From an uncultured Gemmatimonadales bacterium (GTDB taxonomy: Bacteria > Gemmatimonadota > Gemmatimonadetes > Gemmatimonadales > GWC2-71-9): a stretch of 64,000 nt of DNA. The stretch spans positions 320,001 through 384,000 of the forward strand of contig CAVUAK010000001.1 of NCBI GenBank assembly GCA_963739455.1, read 5' to 3'. Positions 56,499 through 64,000 of this stretch are shown here, in pieces (position 1 is the first letter of the stretch; every line of letters starts with the position of its first letter). The notes beneath the pieces were generated by a model. It searched no databases, was not told the DNA's origin, and saw nothing but the letters and a program-made list of their open reading frames with translations. A program made the position numbers and the translations under genes.

Positions 56499-56990
56499 TC
56501 AATCCTCGTCGGGGTTGGTGAGCGGCACGAGTCGCCCGCGCGGTGGGATGCCCGGTTCGAGCTCGAGGATCCCCACCGACGGCAGGATATCGAAGCGCCG
56601 CTGGCCGGCGGCACCGGGGTTCATCACGGTCACGACCAGGTCCACCAGCGTCAGCAGCGGCTTGTGCGTGTGTCCGTACAGGATGATCTCGGCGTCGGGA
56701 TACGCGGCGTACAGTGCATCCGGTGTGGGGCTCCCGAACTGGTCACCATGGGTCACCACGATCTCGAACCCATCCAGCTGCACCCGAGCCACCTTGGGCA
56801 CCGCCGCCCGTACATCCCAGTCGTCGGTGTTGCCGTAAACAGCGGTGACGGGCGCAAGTGCCTCGAGCTCGGTCAGCAGCGCCAGCGACCCGATGTCACC
56901 CGCATGGAATATGTGGTCGACCTCGCGGAAAACCTCGAAGACTTCGGGCCGCAGCAGGCCGTGGGTATCGGAGATGATTCCGAGTCGCAT
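56499..56990 (-). CDS. YfcE/MJ0936 family metallophosphoesterase
   Basis: SDTHG, HAGD, GNTD, GHTH, NPG. Confidence 0.92.
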   Translation of the reverse strand: MRLGIISDTHGLLRPEVFEVFREVDHIFHAGDIGSLALLTELEALAPVTAVYGNTDDWDVRAAVPKVARVQLDGFEIVVTHGDQFGSPTPDALYAAYPDAEIILYGHTHKPLLTLVDLVVTVMNPGAAGQRRFDILPSVGILELEPGIPPRGRLVPLTNPDED

Positions 56991-56999
56991 GCGACCGTG

Positions 57000-57392
57000 C
57001 TACCGTTTGCGCTGTTGCGTATCGGCCAGGCGGATTTGCAGCGCAGACACAAATGCGCGCGCCTCATGACGGAATTTCCGGCTCACCAGGAGCGTGACCT
57101 CACGCGGATTCCGGGGAGAGAGTTCGACGAACGCCGTCGCATCACGGGCCGTCAGGCGAATGCGGCTCGTGAGGATACCCGGCCGGAGCACCGCCGACGA
57201 AATCTCGCTGTAGAGCACTTGCGCGCTGTTTGTCGCCCCGCCGCTTGACGCCGCGATCTCGAACACCAGGGCCTCATCGGCCAGCACGACATGCCCGTTC
57301 AGCCGGCGGGACAGTGAGCTGACCATGAGCCGCGCGTCGGGGTCGGCATCGTCCGCTGAGCTGGAGAGCCGGAATGGAATGTCGAGGGGCAC
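57000..57392 (-). CDS. Hypothetical protein
   Basis: ORF packed within the operon. Confidence 0.55.
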   Translation of the reverse strand: MPLDIPFRLSSSADDADPDARLMVSSLSRRLNGHVVLADEALVFEIAASSGGATNSAQVLYSEISSAVLRPGILTSRIRLTARDATAFVELSPRNPREVTLLVSRKFRHEARAFVSALQIRLADTQQRKR

Positions 57393-57393
57393 G

Positions 57394-58014
57394 TCAGCCC
57401 TCCCAGCGCGCGGCGATGCTGATATCCAGGTCGAGCTGGTCGAGGACTCGCTGCACGATGAAATCCACCAGCTCCCTCACCTCCGTCGGCCGGTGATAGA
57501 ACCCGGGCGCGGCGGGAACCACGGTGGCTCCCGCCTCCGTCACCGCTACGAGGTTGCGCAGGTGGATCAGCGACATCGGTGTTTCCCTTGGGACGAGAAT
57601 GAGTTTGCGGCGCTCCTTCAGGGTCACGTCCGCAGCGCGTTCCACGAGGGAGCGGCTCGTGCCCCCGGCGATCGCCGCCACCGTGCCCATGGAGCAGGGA
57701 CAGACCAACATTCCCCCGGTGCGCTGCGACCCCGACGCCGGCAACGCGCCGCGATCATCGTCTGGAAAGACCCGCACGCTGGCCCAGTTGCCGCCCGTCG
57801 CCGCCTTGAGCGCGTCGATGTCGCCAATGCCACACTCCGCCTGCAGTAACCGGAAGCCATGACCGGAGACGATGAGCCACACCGGCACCGCGGCGCTCGC
57901 CAATGCCTCGAGCAGGCGCACGCCATACGGCGCCCCGGACGCCCCAGTGATGGCCAACACGATCGGCAACTGCTTCACCGCTCCTCCTGTTCCCTGTTCC
58001 CTGTTCCCCGCCAC
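57394..58014 (-). CDS. ubiX: Flavin prenyltransferase (start 58014 or 57978)
   Basis: AITGASG, ASGS, PCSMGT, RAADVTLKERR, PRETP. Confidence 0.95.
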   Translation of the reverse strand: MAGNREQGTGGAVKQLPIVLAITGASGAPYGVRLLEALASAAVPVWLIVSGHGFRLLQAECGIGDIDALKAATGGNWASVRVFPDDDRGALPASGSQRTGGMLVCPCSMGTVAAIAGGTSRSLVERAADVTLKERRKLILVPRETPMSLIHLRNLVAVTEAGATVVPAAPGFYHRPTEVRELVDFIVQRVLDQLDLDISIAARWEG

Positions 58015-58037
58015 TTCACGTCCTCACGTCCTCACGT
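57986..58037. repeat. Composite array (CCTGTTC)x3 + (CYTCACGT)x3
   Basis: Read directly at the ubiA/ubiX junction. Confidence 0.88.
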
Positions 58038-58919
58038 CAGCGCGTCGAGGAGCGCGAAGGCAAAGACAGTCACGCTCATCACCGCGTTCATCGTGAAGAA
58101 GGCTGCATCGAGCCGTGAAAGGTCGTCGGCCCGCACAAGGTGGTGCTCCCAGACCAGGATCGCGGCCGCCACCGCGACCCCCACGTAGTACCATGTCCCG
58201 AAACCCGACCCCCAGCCGAAGAGCAGCAACGCAGGGATGGTGATGCCGTGCAGTACCTTGGCAAGGATGATCGCCCGCGGCACGCCCAGCCGCACCACGG
58301 CGCTGTGCAGTCCCTCGGTACGGTCGAACGCTTCGTCGGGCAGGGCGTAGAAGATGTCGAACCCCGCGACCCAGGTCGCCACCGCCACCGTGATGGCGGC
58401 CAGCGTCCACCACGGCGCGCTCCATTGGCCGGTAATGGCGAGGTACCCCCCCACCGGGGCGATCGCGAGGCTCAGGCCAAGCCACACGTGCGGCCACCAG
58501 GTGAAGCGCTTGGCGAGGCTGTAGACCATCACCCAGGCAAGTGCAAACGGGGCCAGCAGGGCGCAGAGCGGATTGAGCAACCATGCCGCAAGCAGGAACG
58601 CGACCGCCGCCACCGTCACGGATACCCAGGCCTGCCCGACCGTCAGCGTCCCCTTCGGGAGTTCCCGGTTGCTGGTGCGAGGGTTCCTGGCGTCGAAGTG
58701 ACGGTCGGCGATCCGGTTGAACCCCATCGCCACCCAGCGCGCTGCCGTAAACGCGGCGACTACCAGTAGTACCTCGCGAAGGTGCAGCGGTGTCGCCCGT
58801 GATGCCGCCACCACCCCCAGCAGCGCAAACGGGAGCGCAAACAGGGTGTGTGGAAGCTTCACGAAGTTGGCAAATCGAACTACGAGGGATTCACCCGCCA
58901 GCACCTGCCCCTCAGCCAT
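58032..58919 (-). CDS. ubiA: UbiA-like polyprenyltransferase (MqnP-like)
   Basis: HTLFALPFA, NRIADRHFDARNPRT, GFDIFYA. Confidence 0.88.
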   Translation of the reverse strand: MAEGQVLAGESLVVRFANFVKLPHTLFALPFALLGVVAASRATPLHLREVLLVVAAFTAARWVAMGFNRIADRHFDARNPRTSNRELPKGTLTVGQAWVSVTVAAVAFLLAAWLLNPLCALLAPFALAWVMVYSLAKRFTWWPHVWLGLSLAIAPVGGYLAITGQWSAPWWTLAAITVAVATWVAGFDIFYALPDEAFDRTEGLHSAVVRLGVPRAIILAKVLHGITIPALLLFGWGSGFGTWYYVGVAVAAAILVWEHHLVRADDLSRLDAAFFTMNAVMSVTVFAFALLDALT

Positions 58920-58929
58920 CGAGCCTCCC

Positions 58930-58982
58930 GCAGTCGCGGTTCCTCCTCACGCGGTCGCTGTTCCGCCTCACGCGGTTCTCAC
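58930..58982. repeat. Imperfect 21-bp tandem duplication
   Basis: gcagtcgcggttcctcctcac / gcggtcgctgttccgcctcac / gcggtt. Confidence 0.7.
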
Positions 58983-59705
58983 ACCGATGTGCATGGCACA
59001 CGATCCTCCCAGCAACGCCTCGTATGTCACGTCCCCAAACCCGTTCTCCCTCATCCGTCTCGCCAGCTCCGGCGGCGCAGGGAACACCCGGGTAGACTCT
59101 GGAAGCCAGGAGTACGCAGTCCTATGTTTCGAAATGGCGCGACCAATCCGCGGGAGCACGTGATCAAAGTAGAAATCGACGAGCGCCCGAAACGGCTGCC
59201 AGCCCGGTTGCGACATCTCGAGAATCGCGAGACGCGCACCTGGCTTGAGCACCCGCGAGGCCTCCCGGAGACCGGCCTCGAGATCCACCAGGTTCCGCAT
59301 GCCCCACCCTACAACCGCGCCATCGAAGTAGTCATCCGGGAAGGGCAGCTCGAGCGCGTCTGCCGTCACCGGCAGGATCGCACTGGTACCGATCTTCGTG
59401 CGACCGGTCACCAGCATCGCCGGAACGAAGTCGGCCGCGACAATGCGGCCCGCAAATCCGGGCTGGGTGGCCAGGGCCACGCTGAAATCCAGGGTGCCTG
59501 CGCACAGGTCGAGATAGACGCCGCCCGGACGCCGTTCCCAGCCGAGACGCCCGACCGCGCGGCGTCGCCAGCGCTGGTCGAAGCTGAAGCTGATGATCCG
59601 GTTCAGGCGGTCGTAGGTCGGGGCAATCGCCGCGAACATGGTCCGCACGTATGCCCGTTTTTCGGGCCCGCCAAAGACGGGTAAATGCTGATTTGATGCG
59701 GACAT
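58968..59705 (-). CDS. ubiE: Demethylmenaquinone methyltransferase
   Basis: MFAAIAPTYDRLN, LDLCAGT, GMRNL, RVLKPG. Confidence 0.9.
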   Translation of the reverse strand: MSASNQHLPVFGGPEKRAYVRTMFAAIAPTYDRLNRIISFSFDQRWRRRAVGRLGWERRPGGVYLDLCAGTLDFSVALATQPGFAGRIVAADFVPAMLVTGRTKIGTSAILPVTADALELPFPDDYFDGAVVGWGMRNLVDLEAGLREASRVLKPGARLAILEMSQPGWQPFRALVDFYFDHVLPRIGRAISKHRTAYSWLPESTRVFPAPPELARRMRENGFGDVTYEALLGGSCAMHIGVRTA

Positions 59706-59715
59706 ACGAGCGTAA

Positions 59716-59742
59716 TGTACCCCGGGCGGAATCGCGTCCGCA
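59716..59742 (+). promoter_or_regulatory. Putative ECF sigma promoter TGTACC-N17-CGCA
   Basis: Upstream of the ECF sigma start; same spacing as the 60397 motif. Confidence 0.45.
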
Positions 59743-59758
59743 AGCATGGTAGCAGCGC

Positions 59759-60364
59759 GTGGCTGAGCGCCCTGCGGCCTTGTCGGCCCTCACCGACCAG
59801 GAGGTCGTCCTGCTGGCGCGGGGCGGGCAGGAGCGCGCCTATCGCGAGCTCGTGCGACGGTACGAGCGCCCGATCTTCTCGTTGCTCTATCGCATGGTGC
59901 GCGACCGGGAACTCGCCGAGGACCTGTCGCAGGACACCTTCGTGAAGGCGCTCAACGCCATCGAGAGCTACAAGCCCGAGTACAAGTTCTCGTCCTGGCT
60001 CTTCAAGATCGCGAACAACGCCGCCATCGATCACCTCCGCCGCCGCGAACTCGACACCCTCTCCCTCGAGGGATCACCGCACGCCGTGACACCCGACGCC
60101 GTTGAAGCCACCGCATTGCAGATCGGCGACCGCGGTGAGAACGCACTCGACATCGTGGAGGCAAAGGAACTGGGCGGGGAAATCGAGCGGGCCATCGCCC
60201 TGCTCCGCCCCGAGTATCGCGCCTGCATCCTGCTGCGGCACGTGGACGGGCGCGCCTATGAAGAAATCGCCGAGATGCTCGACCTGCCGCTCGGCACGGT
60301 GAAGACGTACATCCACCGCGCGCGCAACGAGTTGCGACGCTCGCTGGCCCACTTGAAGGAATAG
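59759..60364 (+). CDS. ECF RNA polymerase sigma factor (SigW/RpoE-like)
   Basis: AEDLSQDTF, FSSWLFKIANN, YEEIAEMLDLPLGTVKTYIHRAR. Confidence 0.93.
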   Translation: MAERPAALSALTDQEVVLLARGGQERAYRELVRRYERPIFSLLYRMVRDRELAEDLSQDTFVKALNAIESYKPEYKFSSWLFKIANNAAIDHLRRRELDTLSLEGSPHAVTPDAVEATALQIGDRGENALDIVEAKELGGEIERAIALLRPEYRACILLRHVDGRAYEEIAEMLDLPLGTVKTYIHRARNELRRSLAHLKE

Positions 60365-60396
60365 GCAGTCCCATTTTGACGGCGAGGACCCGGGAG

Positions 60397-60423
60397 TGAA
60401 ACCCCGGCCGTCCAGCCCGCGTA
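60397..60423 (+). promoter_or_regulatory. Putative ECF sigma promoter TGAAAC-N17-CGTA
   Basis: Matches SigW-type -35/-10 elements; directly before the GGAGG SD of the anti-sigma gene. Confidence 0.6.
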
Positions 60424-60438
60424 GGAGGGGTCAATTCT

Positions 60439-61041
60439 ATGGAGCGCTCAGTCCTGCAGCACCTCACACTCGACGAGATCGATCTCGTCCTCGAGGGTAA
60501 CTACCCCGAGACAATTCGCGCGCACGTCAATGGCTGCCCCGACTGCAGTTCGCTCATCAACGGCGAACGCCTCGTGGTCCAGTGGCTGGGTGCGCTGCCG
60601 CTCCATGTGCCCGCCGCCGGCTTCGAGGATCGGGTCATGGCACGGGTGCAGGTTGTAACGCCCCGCTCGGCGCTCGCGACGCTGCGCCATCGCGCCATGG
60701 CGACGCCAGCGTCTCGCGCGCTGGCGGCCGGTGCCATGGTCTCGGTGCTCGGATCGCTCGCCGGCAGCATCGTCTGGTCCCTCGGGCACCGCGAGGTGCT
60801 CGCCTCCCTTGGAATGACCGCTCTCCACAACGTCGCCGAACTTGGCTGGGTAGTCGTGCATGGCCTGGCGACCACCCTGGTCGAGCAGCCCTGGTACGGT
60901 TCCGCACGCGCGCTGGCCGATTCGCCGGCACGCCTCGCGACCGTCGCCGGCGTGCTGACGACGGCGTGGGCCGCGGGAATGCTGCTGATGCGCCGGCTGA
61001 TTGCCATTCCGGCTGGGTCGGTGGCACATGAGCACATCTAG
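60439..61041 (+). CDS. Membrane anti-sigma factor with ZAS motif
   Basis: HVNGCPDC (HxxxCxxC) plus TM segments. Confidence 0.8.
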   Translation: MERSVLQHLTLDEIDLVLEGNYPETIRAHVNGCPDCSSLINGERLVVQWLGALPLHVPAAGFEDRVMARVQVVTPRSALATLRHRAMATPASRALAAGAMVSVLGSLAGSIVWSLGHREVLASLGMTALHNVAELGWVVVHGLATTLVEQPWYGSARALADSPARLATVAGVLTTAWAAGMLLMRRLIAIPAGSVAHEHI

Positions 61042-62304
61042 GGCGCTCCGGCTCGCTCCAGCCATTGCAGTGATTGCGCTGCTCGCCTGGCCCGCGCTCG
61101 TCTGCGGGCCGACGAGCCGAGCGATGTGCTGCGCGATGTCTGGACCCGCATCCAGCAGATCGCGCCGGGCCAGGATGCAGCGCCCACCCGGCCGCATCCG
61201 CAGGCAGTACAGACCTCGGCCGATGCGCCGAGCATTTCGCTCCGCGATCTCTCCCATCCCATCTCGCTCGAGCGAAGCATCCGTGCCGCCGCAGCGGTGC
61301 CACCCGCACAGCTGCGCCTCGCCATCCCGAACGGCCAGGCTCGCCTCGGCGACTTCAGCATCGGCTCAGACCAGGCGGTCACCGGCGACCTGCTCGTGCT
61401 CGAGGGTACCGCGGACGTCTACGGTCGCCTCAACGGCAACCTGGTGTGCTGGGGCGGCGACATCGTGCTGCACCCCGGTGCGGTGATCGACGGTGACGTG
61501 CTGGCGCTTGCCGGCCAGGTTCGCCTCGAGGGTGGAGAGGTGACGGGCGAAGTACGCACGCTGTCGGCGCCCTCCGCGGAGCAGTCGCCTGCCGCGCCCG
61601 CGTCGCCGATGCGCCACATCTTCCGCTCGCTGGCCGGCACCACCGGGGTGTTCCTTACGCTGCTCCTCGCCGGGTTCGGCCTTGTGCTCTTCGGCAAGTC
61701 GCCGCTTGAAGTGACCTCAGACACGGTGCGAAGCTCTTTCAGCCGGGCGTTCATCGTGGGACTGCTCGGCCAGATCCTCGTCCTGCCCACCTTCGGCATG
61801 CTCGTCGTGGGCCTGATCCTCACGGTCGCCGGCATCCTCCTGATCCCGTTCGTCGTGATCGTGTTCGCCCTGCTTCTCGTCGCCGGCATCGTCGGCGGCG
61901 CGCTGGCGGTGGCGCACGCCATGGGTGAGTCGATCACGCGGCGGCAGATGGCACAGGGGCGGGCGCTCTCTCCCAACAGCTATCGCTATCTCGTCGTCGG
62001 GCTCGCCTGCATCTTCGCCCCCTGGCTCGTGTGGACCCTGTTCGGCTGGGCACCGGTCGCCGGCGAACTGATGCTCGGTGCGGCGATCCTCATCAGCTGG
62101 CTGCTCGCGAGCGTCGGGTTCGGCGCCGCACTGCTGAGTCGCGGTGGGCTCAAGGAGCAGTTTGCCGGACGGTTCATCCCGCCCGAGATGCTGACCGACG
62201 AATTCCTCTGGGCCACGCCCCGGTTTGGTGTTCCGGCGGCGAAGCGGCCGGATAGCAGTACCAGCCCGCGCCCCGGCTCGCGGCCGCCCGACGGTTCGCG
62301 GTGA
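61028..62304 (+). CDS. Membrane protein with polymer-forming/bactofilin-like beta-helix (frameshift near 5' end)
   Basis: GDLLV.EG...V.G.L.GNLV..GG repeats then multiple TMs. Confidence 0.7.
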
Positions 62305-63164
62305 TGCGCCATCTGCTCCGGTTCGTGCCTCTCGGTCGGCCCCGCCACCGCCGCCCGGTGACGTGCAGGGCGCAGACGCTGCGCGAGTATTCCAGCACGC
62401 GGCAGGATCATGGTGAGTCGCGACTGTCGACGACGGTCCAGTATGCCGGCGGTACGCTCAGCCTGGTCCCCGCACCGTCGGGCATCCTGTACGCGCTACG
62501 CCTCACCTACGACGCCGATCGCTTCGCGCCCGTCGCACAGTTCGATCCCTCGGTGCCGCAACTCACCCTCGGTACCGAGACGCTGCCGCGCAGTGGTGGC
62601 GTCAGGGTGAGCCATCGCGGCACGCCGCCGGCCGCCACGATCGCGCTCAGTACCCGCGCGGACCTCGATCTCGATATCGAATTGGGCGCCGCCGAGGCCA
62701 CGCTCGAGCTTGGCGGGATCCGCATCAGCCGGCTCAAGGTCCAGACCGGTGCGAGCAAGACGGTGGTGCACTTCGCTGAGGCGAACCCGATTCGCTGTTC
62801 CGGCGCCGAGTTCTCGGCGGGGGCCGCCGAGCTCGTCGTGACGGGCCTGGGCTACGCGCGATGCGGCGAGGTCGACTTCAATGGCGGCGTGGGCAAGGTG
62901 ACGCTCGACTTCAGCGGGCGCTGGTCGGGACCGATGCACCTCGACGCCGGCATTGCCGTGGGCGAGCTGGTGCTGCGCCTGCCGCGGCGCGCCGGGATCA
63001 AGCTCGAGCTCGACAAGTTCCTGGCGAGCTTCGCCCCGGCGGGCCTGGTGCGCAGCGCTGACGGTCGCACATGGGTGAGCGCAGGATTCGAGAACGCGCC
63101 GCAGCAGCTGGTGGTCGAGCTGGAGACGGCGTTTGGCGGGGTGACCGTCGAGTGGATCGACTGA
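62301..63164 (+). CDS. Exported toast-rack/LiaF-related beta-solenoid protein
   Basis: Repeated L.L.LGA / GVG..TLD motifs; N-terminus probably indel-damaged. Confidence 0.6.
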   Translation: MMRHLLRFVPLGRPRHRRPVTCRAQTLREYSSTRQDHGESRLSTTVQYAGGTLSLVPAPSGILYALRLTYDADRFAPVAQFDPSVPQLTLGTETLPRSGGVRVSHRGTPPAATIALSTRADLDLDIELGAAEATLELGGIRISRLKVQTGASKTVVHFAEANPIRCSGAEFSAGAAELVVTGLGYARCGEVDFNGGVGKVTLDFSGRWSGPMHLDAGIAVGELVLRLPRRAGIKLELDKFLASFAPAGLVRSADGRTWVSAGFENAPQQLVVELETAFGGVTVEWID

Positions 63165-63177
63165 GGCCAGCCGGCCC

Positions 63178-63633
63178 TCAGCCCTTCTTGCGTGTTCCCG
63201 TCACCGGTCTCGGCTCCTGGGGCCCTGCATCGGGGCTGTCGATCTGCCGCGCTACCGTACCCTCGAGACCGTCGCCCTTCGCCCGCAGCACCCAGGTACT
63301 CACCACGCTGGCTTCGTGCTCGGCGCCGTTGACGTTGATGGTGGCCTTGCTGTGCGCAAGGAACGTGGCCTCGCCGGCACTCGCCCTCGCCGCAAGCCGC
63401 ATCGGTGGCCGCGATGGCATGTCGGGAGCGGGAGTGGGCGCCAGCATCCCGATCAGCGAATCGCCGGCGGCCTCGACGGTGAGCGTGCCAGTCCCCATGA
63501 TGGGAGTTGCGACGCCGTCCTCGATCCGCATTCCGGCCTGAAAGTTGACTTGCCACGTGCCAACCAGGGACTGATTCTGCGCCTGCAGCGTGCCGCTGCA
63601 CAGCATGAGTACCGCTAGCAGTTTTTTCGTCAT
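63178..63633 (-). CDS. Exported hypothetical protein
   Basis: GGGAG SD; signal peptide MTKKLLAVLMLC. Confidence 0.7.
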   Translation of the reverse strand: MTKKLLAVLMLCSGTLQAQNQSLVGTWQVNFQAGMRIEDGVATPIMGTGTLTVEAAGDSLIGMLAPTPAPDMPSRPPMRLAARASAGEATFLAHSKATINVNGAEHEASVVSTWVLRAKGDGLEGTVARQIDSPDAGPQEPRPVTGTRKKG

Positions 63634-63705
63634 ATCTCCCTGATGCCTGAGGCGGGCGGGCCGTCGCAACTGGCGTTCATGTCACGAAGGATAGGCTGGG
63701 GCCCG

Positions 63706-64000
63706 ATGAATACCCTCAAGCTCCTTGGCACGGCCCGCCATTTGTTCCCCCTGAACGCACTGTTGTTGGTGGCCGGGTGTCGTTCCGCCCCTGAGGCGCC
63801 AGTCGAGCCTGTCGCATTCGACTTGCCACCCAACACGAACGCGTCGCCGGTGGACTACGAGCCGTCCTGGTCGCCCGATGGTACGCACCTGGCATTCATT
63901 TCCAATCGGGACGGCCCGCTCAACGTATACACCGTGCGTGTCGATGGCACTGGCCTGACTCGGCTCACGAGTGGTACCGCCGAGGACGACTCGCCTTCCT
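63706..64000 (+). CDS. TolB-like PD40-repeat lipoprotein, partial
   Basis: Own translation: lipobox VAGC; PSWSPDGTHLAFISNRDG...LTRLT. Confidence 0.8.
   Translation, partial: MNTLKLLGTARHLFPLNALLLVAGCRSAPEAPVEPVAFDLPPNTNASPVDYEPSWSPDGTHLAFISNRDGPLNVYTVRVDGTGLTRLTSGTAEDDSPS

Overview
High-GC bacterial chromosome segment. Gene content and order suggest Gemmatimonadota (inference, no search run). It is mostly housekeeping: dnaK-degP, tRNA-Leu(TAG), a cobalamin-riboswitch-controlled btu uptake operon, tig-clpP-clpX-engB, a TonB receptor plus FN3 lipoprotein, PilB-REC/hisC-hisB-hisH-NUDIX-hisF, trpE, an FHA-GAF adenylate cyclase, dtd-maf, glmM-glmS, metB, purD, mutM with a UvrC-like gene, ubiE/ubiA/ubiX and an ECF sigma/anti-sigma operon. 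About 20 single-base frameshifts hit conserved genes and look like long-read indel errors, so several long ORFs in the track are artefactual fusions. The most notable signal: two genes for Avd-like four-helix-bundle proteins (TIGR02436 / 23S-rRNA-IVP family) each sit in a ~0.5-0.6 kb cassette bounded by inverted arrays of short tandem repeats, with a different unit per cassette (GGCGGGGAR 9-mer; GGCGTTA 7-mer). Roughly 20 arrays of 7-9 nt units occur across the window as gene-less arm pairs, solo arms on stop codons, and in-frame tracts inside glmM, trpE, mutM and btuF. All solo arrays are C-rich on the + strand. No transposase or reverse transcriptase gene is visible.
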